Shown: positions 47,764-58,400, counted from the stretch's first letter. The stretch: DNA of 64,000 bases from an uncultured Ferruginibacter sp. (GCA_964490345.1 CAZBBO010000015.1:1971-65970), one strand, 5' to 3'. Program-made: numbers and translations. Notes: generated from the sequence alone by a model not told the origin.

Positions 47764-47782
47764 GGCTAACAAACTATTTAAC

Positions 47783-48256
47783 ATGGCAGAAACAAATTAC
47801 GTTACGCAAGATACTTTTGAAAAGATGCAAGCTGAATTGCAGCGGATGAAAACGGTTGATCGCCCTGCCGCCAGCCAAGCTATTGCCGAGGCAAGAGAAA
47901 AGGGTGACCTTAAAGAGAATGCTGAGTATGATGCGGCAAAAGAAGCACAAGGTATTTTAGAAGCACGGATTAATCAGTTGGAAACTCAAATTGCCAGTGC
48001 CCGAATTTTAGATGAAGCTTCCATAAATACTGATCGAGTTAGTGTTTTAACTCGTGTTACCCTTACAAATTTGAATACTAATAAACAGGTTACATATCAA
48101 ATTGTGTCTGAAAGTGAAGCAGATTTAAAAGCAGGGAAAATTTCGGTAACCTCTCCAATCGGAAGTGGTCTTTTGGGAAAGGCTGTTGGGGAAATAGCAG
48201 AAGTGGTTGTGCCCATAGGTACCTTACGGTTGAGGGTAGAAAATATTGCAGTATAA
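47783..48256 (+). CDS. greA: Transcription elongation factor GreA
   Basis: MAETNYVTQDTFEKMQAELQRM...AREKGDLKENAEYDAAKE...SPIGSGLLGK. The track start 47741 lies inside the terminator loop and adds a non-homologous extension. Confidence 0.9.
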   Translation: MAETNYVTQDTFEKMQAELQRMKTVDRPAASQAIAEAREKGDLKENAEYDAAKEAQGILEARINQLETQIASARILDEASINTDRVSVLTRVTLTNLNTNKQVTYQIVSESEADLKAGKISVTSPIGSGLLGKAVGEIAEVVVPIGTLRLRVENIAV

Positions 48257-48271
48257 ATAAATTCGCACTTT

Positions 48272-48670
48272 ATGCCTTCTATTTTTACATCCATAATAAA
48301 AGGGGATATCCCCTCCTACAAAATTGCAGAGAATGATAAATTTTATGCTTTTTTAGATATCTCTCCTATGGCACATGGTCATGTACTTGTTGTGCCTAAA
48401 ATTGAGGTAGATAAAATGTATGATTTGCCGGTTGATTATTTAGCAGAACTTATGGTTTTTGCACAGCCTATTGCGAGGGCAATAGAAAATACGTTTCCTT
48501 GTAAACGCTGCGGATTTAGTATTGTAGGCTTGGAGGTGCCACATGCACATCTGCATCTTATTCCTATTAATACGATGGATGACTTAAATTTTACCCGGAA
48601 AAAAATGTCGGTTACTCCCGATGAGTTGAAAGAAGATCAGCAAAAGATACTATCAAATTTTGTTGCCTGA
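48272..48670 (+). CDS. HIT-family nucleotide hydrolase
   Basis: 132 aa with histidine triad HAHLHLIP. Confidence 0.85.
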   Translation: MPSIFTSIIKGDIPSYKIAENDKFYAFLDISPMAHGHVLVVPKIEVDKMYDLPVDYLAELMVFAQPIARAIENTFPCKRCGFSIVGLEVPHAHLHLIPINTMDDLNFTRKKMSVTPDELKEDQQKILSNFVA

Positions 48671-49225
48671 AATAATCCGATCGGGATTTGCAGCAATAAA
48701 AGCTTTCCAGGATTTTTCTGATTTCAGGGAACTGATAGGAGCGGTTTGTTGAAAATAATGGCATACCGCTACAGCCAAGGCATCACTTGCATCAAAGTAA
48801 TGTGGTGTTTCATTAAACTTTAATAATTGTTGCAGCATATTTAGTACTTGCTCCTTACGGGCATTTCCATTTCCGGTGATTGATTGTTTCACTTTCTTAG
48901 GTGCGTATTCCCATACCGGTATTTTTGATTGCATGGCTGCTGCAATGGCCACTCCTTGCGCCCTGCCAAGTTTTAGCATGCTTTGAACGTTTTTTCCAAA
49001 GAAGGGTGCCTCAATAGCAAAAGCATCCGGTTTTATTGTGCTTATCAGTTGGCATACCTTTTCGTGAATTAATTCTAATTTTTTATATGCATCATTGGAT
49101 ACGCCTATTTTAAAAACATCCATTTCAATAAGATGAACTGAGTTTCCTTTTATTTCAATTGCTCCGTATCCCATGATTATAGATCCCGGATCAATGCCTA
49201 ATATTATTTTATGCTTATTTTGCAA
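48653..49225 (-). CDS. ruvC: Holliday junction resolvase RuvC
   Basis: 190 aa. ILGIDPGS, AIEAPFFGKN and DASDALAVAVCH. Confidence 0.88.
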   Translation of the reverse strand: MQNKHKIILGIDPGSIIMGYGAIEIKGNSVHLIEMDVFKIGVSNDAYKKLELIHEKVCQLISTIKPDAFAIEAPFFGKNVQSMLKLGRAQGVAIAAAMQSKIPVWEYAPKKVKQSITGNGNARKEQVLNMLQQLLKFNETPHYFDASDALAVAVCHYFQQTAPISSLKSEKSWKAFIAANPDRIISGNKI

Positions 49226-49252
49226 TTGATGCCTTTTTAATTAGTATTCGCA

Positions 49253-50233
49253 TTGAACAAAAGTATCAAATTTATATTCAATTATTTTCTTGCTCCGGTA
49301 TTGTTTATACTGTTGTGTTTTAGTTTGTATCATCAAATTTCTCAGCAACCCGATCTTCCCCAGCGTTGGCATACGCTTTCACACAATTGGAACCAGCCTT
49401 TGTTTTATGTAGTGGTTGGAATGATGTTATTGAATTATGGTTTGGAAGCCAGGAAATGGCAATTACAAGTAGCTCCATTAGAAAAATTATCCTTTTTTCG
49501 TGCATTTAAATCAGTAATGGCGGGGTGCAGTATTACGTTAATGGTGCCAAACAGAATGGGTGAATATGGAGGAAGAATTCTTTTTGTTAGTGAAGGAAAC
49601 CGCGCCCGGGCTGTGTCTCTTACTGTTTTGGGAAGCATAGCTCAATTAATAATTACTTTATTGATGGGTGTGGTTGGAATTATTGTTATTAAATATTTTG
49701 CAAATTCAAATACTCAGGTATCCGAACGCCTCCCTTTTGTATTGGAAGATGTGCTGCTAGCTGTAAGTATATTGCTTGTGATATTTTTACTTTGGGTATA
49801 TTTTAAAGTAAATAATTGGGTAAGCTTTTTAGAGAGGTTTAAAATAATTTCCGGAATTGTGAAATATATAACGGTTCTACATTCCGTTTCCCGTAAAACA
49901 TTGTTAAGAATACTTTCTATTTCGTTTTTTCGATATCTGGTATTTATTTTACAATACATTTGGCTATTACAGGTTACTGATGTTAATATCCCATTATGGA
50001 GTTGTTTTTGGATTATTTCAGTTTTTTATTTAGTGATGGCAGTGGTGCCAACTATCGGCTTTGTGGAGTTACCTCTTCGAGCAGTAGCTTCAGTAGGATT
50101 GCTTTCGGCATACTCAGACAATGTATTGGGAATTCAAGCAGCAGCCTTAGGTATATGGATAATTAATCTTGTTTTACCTGCTGTTATTGGAAGCCTATTG
50201 ATTTTTGGAGTTAATGTATTAAAAGAAAAATAG
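49253..50233 (+). CDS. UPF0104 / lysylphosphatidylglycerol-synthase-TM-like (flippase-like) membrane protein
   Basis: 326 aa, ~8 TM segments, TTG start. Family assignment by general architecture only. Confidence 0.55.
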   Translation: MNKSIKFIFNYFLAPVLFILLCFSLYHQISQQPDLPQRWHTLSHNWNQPLFYVVVGMMLLNYGLEARKWQLQVAPLEKLSFFRAFKSVMAGCSITLMVPNRMGEYGGRILFVSEGNRARAVSLTVLGSIAQLIITLLMGVVGIIVIKYFANSNTQVSERLPFVLEDVLLAVSILLVIFLLWVYFKVNNWVSFLERFKIISGIVKYITVLHSVSRKTLLRILSISFFRYLVFILQYIWLLQVTDVNIPLWSCFWIISVFYLVMAVVPTIGFVELPLRAVASVGLLSAYSDNVLGIQAAALGIWIINLVLPAVIGSLLIFGVNVLKEK

Positions 50234-50238
50234 AAAAA

Positions 50239-51036
50239 ATGAAATTCTTTCGTTTGTTGATTTTGCCTTTAAGTCTGATATTATTAAGTTTTTCAGGTGC
50301 TAATCAGGAGTTTTGTGGAATTAGAAATACAACCTTTAAGGCGGAAGAAAAAGTATTGATGAAAGTGTTCTATTCTGCTATGGGCGTGTATATCGGGGCA
50401 GGAGAGGCTGAATTTAGTGTAAAGTTAACCCGGTTTAATAATAAACCGGTGTATCATTTTGTAGGTGAAGGAAAAACGTATCCGTTTTTTGATAAATTTT
50501 TCAGGGTACGCGATCGTTATGAAAGCTTTGTGGACACGGCAACATTGCTTCCGTATAAATTTATCCGTAATGTGGATGAAGGAGGACATAAAATTTATAA
50601 TAATGTAACCTTTAATCAAACAACGAATACTGCTATTTCAACTACAGGTGTGTATCAAATTACAGATTGTATTCAAGACGTAGTAAGCTCTGTATATTAT
50701 GCCAGAAATATTGATTTTAATAAGTATAAACCCGGAGATAAAATCCCTTTTGATATGTTTTTAGATGATGAGATTTATCATTTGTATATCCGGTATATGG
50801 GAAAAGAAAAAATTAAGACCCGGTATGGAAAATTTCACGCTTTTAAGTTTAAACCTCTTTTATTAAAGGGAAATATTTTTGAAGGAGGAGAAAAGATGAC
50901 TGCCTGGATTAGTGATGATGATAACCGCCTGCTCTTAAGAGTGGATAGCCCTATTTCTGTAGGTAGTGTTAAAATAGATATGATGGGATATTCCGGTTTG
51001 CGCTATCCGTTAAAATCACTGATTTCTATTCGTTGA
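50239..51036 (+). CDS. DUF3108-like secreted protein
   Basis: 265 aa, signal peptide, beta-rich. Weak motif-level resemblance only. Confidence 0.5.
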   Translation: MKFFRLLILPLSLILLSFSGANQEFCGIRNTTFKAEEKVLMKVFYSAMGVYIGAGEAEFSVKLTRFNNKPVYHFVGEGKTYPFFDKFFRVRDRYESFVDTATLLPYKFIRNVDEGGHKIYNNVTFNQTTNTAISTTGVYQITDCIQDVVSSVYYARNIDFNKYKPGDKIPFDMFLDDEIYHLYIRYMGKEKIKTRYGKFHAFKFKPLLLKGNIFEGGEKMTAWISDDDNRLLLRVDSPISVGSVKIDMMGYSGLRYPLKSLISIR

Positions 51037-51069
51037 TGAAATAGGTCGTTATTGATTTTTTATCATCAC

Positions 51070-51906
51070 CTAAATTTCGCTTAGTGTGAAAGTGTCTTTT
51101 TGGCGTACACCCCTTTCAGTGAGTTGCAGGGTACAACATTCAATTATTGGGTCGTGTTCAAAAAATAAAATGTAGTTATTATTTACAGCCTCTTCCAAAT
51201 AAGATTTCTTTTCATTTAAAGTGGTTAGTGGAAACATATCATAGGCCATTACATAAGGTAGTGGAATGTGTGCTGATGAGGGGATAAGATCTGCCATATA
51301 AATAATAGTGTGTCCTTTGTACTCCACCATCGGTAGCATCATGGCTTCGGTATGTCCAAAAACCTGCCTGATTTTTACAACTTGCGGAAATTCATCTCCG
51401 CAAGATTCAATATAACGCAATTGCCCACTTTCTTTAATAGGTAAAATATTTTCTTTCAAAAAAGACGCCCGTTCTCTATCGTTAGGGTTTGTAGCCCATT
51501 TCCAATGTCGTTCATTACTCCAGTAAAGTGCATTTTTAAAAGCGGGAACAAGTTTATCACCAACCCTGATAATACTGCCGCCACAATGATCAAAATGGAG
51601 GTGTGTTAATATAACATCAGTGATATCATCAGGTGTAAACCCATAAGCCTTTAATGACTTTTCAAGGGTGTCATCTCCGTGCAAATAATAATGGCCTAAA
51701 AATTTTGCATCTTGTTTATTTCCTATTCCATTATCAACCAAAATAAGTCTCTTACCATCTTGAATAAGTAAACATCTCATTGCCCATGAGCATAGGTTAT
51801 TATCATCAGCGGGGTTGAGTTTATTCCATATTGATTTTGGTACCACGCCAAACATAGCACCACCATCCAACTTAAACATTCCGGTATTAATTGTATATAA
51901 TTGCAT
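51070..51906 (-). CDS. MBL-fold metallo-hydrolase
   Basis: 278 aa with HLHFDHCGG (HxHxDH). Confidence 0.8.
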   Translation of the reverse strand: MQLYTINTGMFKLDGGAMFGVVPKSIWNKLNPADDNNLCSWAMRCLLIQDGKRLILVDNGIGNKQDAKFLGHYYLHGDDTLEKSLKAYGFTPDDITDVILTHLHFDHCGGSIIRVGDKLVPAFKNALYWSNERHWKWATNPNDRERASFLKENILPIKESGQLRYIESCGDEFPQVVKIRQVFGHTEAMMLPMVEYKGHTIIYMADLIPSSAHIPLPYVMAYDMFPLTTLNEKKSYLEEAVNNNYILFFEHDPIIECCTLQLTERGVRQKDTFTLSEI

Positions 51907-51912
51907 ATAAAA

Positions 51913-53211
51913 TTATTTTACATGATAAGAGCGCTTCCTTGCAAAGTAAAGGAAGATAAGCCCTAATGCAAAAAATACCATGAGTGCCAAAACTGAATTT
52001 CGCATACTGCCGGTTAGCTCTTCAATTACGCCAAACAAAGAAAGTCCGATAACAATGGCAATTTTTTCGGTAATGTCGTAAAAACTGAAAAAAGAGGCAG
52101 TGTCTTTTGTTTTAGGTAGAAGTTTTGAATAAGTAGAACGACTAAGTGATTGTATGCCTCCCATAACTAACCCAACTGCAATGGCTAATATGTAAAAGTG
52201 ATTTTCAGTACTCATTTTGTATCCTGCTATGCAAATTCCTATCCATACACACACCACGCCAATCAAGGTTACAAAGTTGCCAAATCGAGAAGATAGGCGT
52301 GAAATGCTCCATGCGCCAAGTATAGCTACTAATTGGATAAATACTACTGTTAGGATGAGCTTGGTTGCTTCCAGATGTAATACTTTACTTCCAAAATTTG
52401 TTGCCGCCAGCATAACTGTTTGCACTCCCATATTATAAAAGAAAAATGCCAGTAAAAATCTTTTTAGTACTGGTGTGTTAGAGAATTGTTTCCAAACTTT
52501 TCTTAATTCAATAAACCCACCTGATAATATCTTCCCAATGGATGCACCATTTCCGGTATGGTTTGAATTTGGCAATCGTTTAAAAGTGATTTGAGCAAAT
52601 CCAAACCACCATATACCCACCAGTAAAAAGGTAGTGCGAACAGCATCTCCTTCATTTTGAAAGAATGGAATTTTGTGGTGAAAAATAACCAATGCAAATC
52701 CTATCATTTGCATAATAACACTGCCTATATATCCAAATGAGAACCCACGTGCACTAATTCGGTCATGGTCTTCAACAGCTGCAATTTCAGGCAGGTAAGA
52801 ATTGTAAAAAACGAGGCTGCTATAAAACCCATAAGCAGCTATCATCAAACAGTAAATACCCAGAGAAATATTATTGCTGTTAAAAAAGAATAGGCTACTG
52901 CAAGCCATAGCACCAAGTGCACAAAAAAATTGCATAAATCTCTTTTTATTTCCTCGAGAATCAGCAATTGATGAAAGAATAGGCATGGTGAAGGTTACAC
53001 AAAGATATGCTGCTGCTAATGCGTAATTATATAGTGCTGTGTTTACAAAAGTGCGACCTAAAAAATATACTTCTCCTTTAAAGGGGGGAGCTTGGGTTAT
53101 TGCGGTGAAATAAACGGGGAAAAAGGTAGTAGTAATAACCAGGTTATACACTGAGTTGGCCCAATCGTACATGGCCCAGCCGTTTATTACTTTTTTTGAT
53201 GCCGTTTGCAT
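51913..53211 (-). CDS. MFS transporter, UMF1 (Atg22-like) family
   Basis: 432 aa, 12 TM, N-terminal NGWAMYDWANSVYN signature. Confidence 0.75.
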   Translation of the reverse strand: MQTASKKVINGWAMYDWANSVYNLVITTTFFPVYFTAITQAPPFKGEVYFLGRTFVNTALYNYALAAAYLCVTFTMPILSSIADSRGNKKRFMQFFCALGAMACSSLFFFNSNNISLGIYCLMIAAYGFYSSLVFYNSYLPEIAAVEDHDRISARGFSFGYIGSVIMQMIGFALVIFHHKIPFFQNEGDAVRTTFLLVGIWWFGFAQITFKRLPNSNHTGNGASIGKILSGGFIELRKVWKQFSNTPVLKRFLLAFFFYNMGVQTVMLAATNFGSKVLHLEATKLILTVVFIQLVAILGAWSISRLSSRFGNFVTLIGVVCVWIGICIAGYKMSTENHFYILAIAVGLVMGGIQSLSRSTYSKLLPKTKDTASFFSFYDITEKIAIVIGLSLFGVIEELTGSMRNSVLALMVFFALGLIFLYFARKRSYHVK

Positions 53212-53229
53212 TTCGTTTGTACGGTATCG

Positions 53230-54039
53230 TTAGGAACTTATCTTTCCGCTGTAAAGTAAAATAAGCAATACAAGGCCTATAATAATGCGGTAATATCCCC
53301 AAAATTTGAATCCGTATTTTTTAATAAAGTTTATAAAGAACTTAATAGCAAGCATAGAAACAATAAAGGCAATGATATTACCTACTGTTAATAATTTTAT
53401 TTCAATCAATGTAAAACCACCATTATTTGAATAATGTTTAAGCAATTTGTATCCGGTAGCGGCAAACATGGTAGGCACTGCCAGAAAAAATGAAAACTCT
53501 GCCGCTGCACTTCTGGAAAGTTTTTGTTGCATACCACCAATTATTGATGCAGCGCTACGGCTTACTCCCGGTATCATTGCCAGGCATTGCCATATACCAA
53601 TGATAAAAGATTGTAAGAAGCTGGTTTCAGTAGGGTCATTGGTTTTAGGATTTTTAAAAAAAGAATCAATAAATACCAAGACTACTCCACCCAGAAGCAG
53701 TGAGATGGCTACGGTAAGGGTGCTTTCCAATAGCTCATCTATTTTATCTGCAAGAAGAAAACCAAGAATCAGCGCAGGGAGAACACCTACAATCAGTTTT
53801 CCATAAAAAGCCCATTGCTTATTCCATCCTTGTGTGGGGAAAAAGAATTTTTTATAATACAAGACCACTACTGCTAAAATAGCTCCTAATTGAATGGCAA
53901 TGGTGAACATTTTTGTAAACTCATCCTGTGGAGTATTCATTAGTTTGCCGGTAATAATCATATGACCGGTAGATGAAATAGGAATAAATTCGGTAAGGCC
54001 TTCAACAATAGAAATTATAACAGCTTCAAAAAATGTCAT
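53230..54039 (-). CDS. uppP: Undecaprenyl-diphosphate phosphatase
   Basis: 269 aa. VEGLTEFIPISSTGH and PGVSRSAASI motifs. Confidence 0.9.
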   Translation of the reverse strand: MTFFEAVIISIVEGLTEFIPISSTGHMIITGKLMNTPQDEFTKMFTIAIQLGAILAVVVLYYKKFFFPTQGWNKQWAFYGKLIVGVLPALILGFLLADKIDELLESTLTVAISLLLGGVVLVFIDSFFKNPKTNDPTETSFLQSFIIGIWQCLAMIPGVSRSAASIIGGMQQKLSRSAAAEFSFFLAVPTMFAATGYKLLKHYSNNGGFTLIEIKLLTVGNIIAFIVSMLAIKFFINFIKKYGFKFWGYYRIIIGLVLLILLYSGKISS

Positions 54040-54099
54040 GTGTTCAGTTAGATTGGAAATAAAAAACGCCGTACTTGCCGGCGTTGGGGATAATAAAAA

Positions 54100-54363
54100 T
54101 TACTCTTTAGGTTTTTTCATAATAGCATATATTTCTATTATAAACCCAACAATAATTAAAATAGGTGCAAGGGTAATCCGTCTAAATCCATACACTTCAT
54201 TGGTATTAAAAACATTGGGGTCAGTACTTTTGCCTCCCGACATTAAGACGAATCCAAGCATCAATACTACTAATCCAATCCCCATCCACAAATAATTTCC
54301 TTTTCCAAAAAGATTATTGGATGGAATAGTTTTATTGTCAAGATTCTTTTTCTCTTTACTCAT
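54100..54363 (-). CDS. DUF3098-family small membrane protein
   Basis: 87 aa, two TM segments. The conserved position between ftsX and uppP in Bacteroidota is recalled from memory. Confidence 0.6.
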   Translation of the reverse strand: MSKEKKNLDNKTIPSNNLFGKGNYLWMGIGLVVLMLGFVLMSGGKSTDPNVFNTNEVYGFRRITLAPILIIVGFIIEIYAIMKKPKE

Positions 54364-54409
54364 AACAATTAATTGTTGTGCAATATATAAATTTTGAGCT
54401 GAACTTTTC

Positions 54410-55288
54410 CTAGTACAAATCGTCCAGTTTCATTCTTAAATACTTAATTACTGCACGGTTTGTGCTGGCCAATGAAATAATGATTCCAAGAAAAATCATC
54501 AGCAGGCTGAGCATAAATAATCCTTTATTATCATGCAGTACTTTAAAATCAGGAATCGCAGATTCTATCATTAACACAGACCCCCAAAGAGAAAAAGTGG
54601 CTATGATACCGGAAATAAGGCCGTTTATCACCGCCCTTTGATTAATAGGCCGGGCAATAAACTTTCGGGTAGCACCAACCATTTGCATAGTCTTTATCAA
54701 AAATCGGTTGCTATACATTGCTAATCTAATGGTGTTGTCTATTGAAAACACTACTAAGATGGTAAGAATAATTGCAGCAGCAAGAAAAATTCCACCTCCA
54801 ATTTTTACGTATTTACTTACCTTGGTAATAGTAGCAGTTGGAAATTGGAACTCTGTAATCAATTCGGGAAAAATACTATCCAGATTGGTAGAGAGTAGAT
54901 TTAGGCTATCTGCATTTACATGATCAGCTTTAATATAGAAATCAACACTCTCAGGCAGCGGGTTGGCTTCAATGATTTTTTTCCAAATAGTATCGTTTTC
55001 TGCATTATAACGGGCTAACGCCATTTCTTTGGTAACGTGTTCTATTCTGTTGGCATAAGGTAATGTGGAAATGTAATTTACCAAACTGTCAATTCGCTTT
55101 TTTGGTGCAGTGGGCTCTAAATAAGCATGAACCTGTATGCTTTCCTTAAGATAATCTCCAGTTTTACGAATGTTTAAAAAAAACCATCCCATAATGCCAA
55201 ATAAAAATAGCACAAGAGAAACACCAATGATTGCATAAACATAGGTTGGCTTACCTCTTTTCGTTGATGCTTTACCAAATTGAGTCAT
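54410..55288 (-). CDS. ftsX: Cell division protein FtsX-like permease
   Basis: 292 aa. TM1, periplasmic domain, then three C-terminal TMs (FtsX topology). Confidence 0.8.
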   Translation of the reverse strand: MTQFGKASTKRGKPTYVYAIIGVSLVLFLFGIMGWFFLNIRKTGDYLKESIQVHAYLEPTAPKKRIDSLVNYISTLPYANRIEHVTKEMALARYNAENDTIWKKIIEANPLPESVDFYIKADHVNADSLNLLSTNLDSIFPELITEFQFPTATITKVSKYVKIGGGIFLAAAIILTILVVFSIDNTIRLAMYSNRFLIKTMQMVGATRKFIARPINQRAVINGLISGIIATFSLWGSVLMIESAIPDFKVLHDNKGLFMLSLLMIFLGIIISLASTNRAVIKYLRMKLDDLY

Positions 55289-55489
55289 AATAAATTGAAT
55301 GTATTTTCCTGATTAAGCAGGGGGTGGACAAAAATACAGTTTTTTGAGTGGTTTGCTTTACTTTTGCTCTCTACAACAAGCCCTTGTGCTCAAAATAAAA
55401 TTTTGATTTATGGGTTTCAAACTTAGATTGACAATATAACTTTTCGTTCACATAATTTAGTCAGATAAATATTGCTCACGTTTACGGGT

Positions 55490-58400
55490 ATGGAATATAA
55501 TTTTAATGACATAGAAAAAAAGTGGCAGCAATACTGGATAGACCAGCATATATACCGGGTAGATAATAATGCTTCAAAACCGCCATTTTATGTTTTGGAT
55601 ATGTTTCCTTATCCTAGTGGAGCAGGATTGCATGTTGGACACCCGCTAGGTTATATTGCGAGTGACATTTATAGTCGTTTCAAAACCCTTAAAGGATTTA
55701 ATGTGTTGCATCCTATGGGCTTTGATAGCTTTGGCTTGCCTGCTGAACAATACGCATTAGAAACCGGAAGGCACCCTGCAGATACTACCAACAAGAATAT
55801 TGAAACGTTTAAGAGACAGCTTAATCGTATTGGATTTTGTTATGATTGGGAAAGAGAAGTAAGAACAAGTGATCCGGATTATTATCGTTGGACACAGTGG
55901 TTGTTTTTAAAATTGTATAACAGCTATTTCTGTAATACGCAACAGAAGGCACGACCTATCGCTGATTTAATTGAAAAGTACAGTAAGTTCGGCGCCATGC
56001 CTAAAAATGGCAAACCAATAACCGGAAAGCATTTTACTGCCGATGAATGGAATAGTATGACAAAGGAAGATCAGGAAGAAATCCTTATGCATCGAAGGCT
56101 GGTTTATTCATCGTATGGAGAAGTGAACTGGTGTGAAGGATTAGGAACTGTTTTGGCTAATGATGAAGTAGTAAACGGGGTGAGCGAGCGTGGTGGTTTT
56201 CCGGTTGAGAAGAAAAAAATGCGACAATGGTTTTTGCGCATCACCGCATACGCAAATAGATTATTGGAAAGTCTTGAACATCTCGAATTTTCTGACTCTA
56301 TGAAAGAGATGCAGCGAAATTGGATTGGAAGAAGTAAAGGAGCTGAGGTTGAGTTTAGCGTATTAGGTGCAGGTTTGGATATTAAGGTTTATACCACCAG
56401 GCCTGAAACAATTTTTGGCGTTGATTTTATGGTGCTGGCTCCCGAGCATGAATTAGTTTGCCAAATTGTTACTGCCGAACAAAAAAAGGAAATAGATAAG
56501 TATATTATTTATGTAAAGAGTAGGAGTGATAGAGAACGGATGTCGGAAGTGAAACAGGTTACCGGGTGTTTTACAGGCGCTTATGCTATTAATCCGTTTA
56601 ATGGAAAACAAGTACCGGTATATATTGCAGAGTATGTGCTGGCAGGATATGGTACTGGTGCCATTATGGCTGTGCCAAGTGGTGACCAACGCGACTTTTT
56701 GTTTGCCAAGCATTTTAAAATCCCTGTTACTAACATAATGGGAGATGCTTTTACAGGTAAGGAGGCTGCGGATGATAAAAGTGCTGTGCTTCATAACTCA
56801 GGATTTTTAAATGGGCTTACGATGGAGAAAGCATTTGATGTGGCTATTTCAAAACTTGAGGAACTGGGTATTGGAAAACCTAAGGTGAATTTTAAAATGC
56901 GTGATGCCGGTTTTAGCAGGCAACGATATTGGGGTGAGCCTTTCCCTATTATTTGGAAAAATGAAATGCCATTTGCATTAGATGAAAAGGAATTGCCGCT
57001 TAAATTACCACATATTGAAAGATATGAACCCGGGCCTAATGGTGAAGGGCCTTTGGCTAATGTTCACGATTGGATTAATTTAAACAATGGGAAAAGGCGA
57101 GAATCATCAACCATGCCGGGATATGCAGGTTCATCATGGTATTTTCTACGGTATATGGATCCCAAAAACAATGAAGAATTCTGTAGTAGAACGGCAAGTG
57201 ATTATTGGGGACAAGTAGATGTTTATATTGGAGGAACAGAGCATGCTGTAGGGCATTTACTTTATAGCAGAATGTGGACTAAGGTGCTTTTTGATCTAGG
57301 TTTGATAGGCTTTGATGAACCATTTAAGAGATTGGTAAATCAAGGAATGATTCAGGGAAGCAGCCGTATGGTGTATAGATTAAATTTACAGTCTGCAGAA
57401 TTACTGCTGAAAAAAATTATCTCAAGCTTTACTGATCTTCATATTGAACGGGATAGAAGATTGCACGGATGGAATTTTGACTATTTTTTTACTGAAAAGG
57501 AATTGGCTATTGATGTTACTAAAAACACCATCTTGCGCCAACGGATAAAAGATTTTAATGCAATTCGGGAACGCGAAAATTTATCGGTAAAAGTTTTATT
57601 CATTTCAGAAATTGAACTTTTTGAAAAAATGCGAGGAGGGAATGACTTTTGTAGGCAATGGTTAGAGAATTTGATTGAAACAGGTGAGGAATATCATTCT
57701 CCGGTGTCAGAAAAGGGAGACTTTTTTGTAAGCAAAGGATATATTGAAAGAGGTGATTTGGAAAATGTAGATGTGCTAAGGGTAGATGTATCACTGGTTG
57801 ATGGAATTGAATTAGATATTCAACGCTTTAAGAGATGGCGCGCCGAATATCAGGATGCAGAATTTATTTTGGAAAACGGTAAATATATCTGTGGCGCTGA
57901 GGTAGAAAAAATGTCGAAGAGTAAATATAACACCGTTAATCCTGATGAACTTTGTATGCGTTATGGTGCTGATACTTTTCGTATGTATGAAATGTTTTTA
58001 GGCCCTATTGAAGCAAGCAAACCGTGGGATACAAAGGGCATTGAAGGGGTGCATCGCTTTTTAAAAAAATTATGGCGATTGTTTTGGCAAGAAGAAAAAT
58101 GTGTGGTATGTACCGATGAGCCTAAAGAGCAAGAATTGCGTGTTTTGCATAAAGCCATAAAGAAAATTGATCAGGATACAGAAAGTTTTTCATTTAATAC
58201 GGCAGTGAGCGCTTTTATGGTTTGTATAAATGAACTTTCAGAACTGAAGTGTAATAAACGGAAGGTGTTGGAGCCATTATTAGTTTTACTGGCACCTTAT
58301 GCACCACATATTGCAGAAGAATTGTGGAAATGCTGCGGTAATGAGAAATCGATTTTATTAACAGACTATCCTATTTTGAACGAAAAATATTTAGTGGAGT

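Noticed and set aside
47741-47782. Upstream ATG start for greA (MPKRCIFLANKLFN...).
   Set aside because: The ATG lies in the loop of the terminator hairpin and the extension has no GreA homology. GreA proteins begin like MAETNYVT...
55289-55489. ~200-nt region upstream of leuS, with a TACTTTTG box at 55359-55366, as a T-box, riboswitch or leader-peptide attenuator.
   Set aside because: I found no specifier or T-box sequence, no Leu-rich leader ORF and no stable terminator/antiterminator pair. Only a weak 4-bp hairpin is present.
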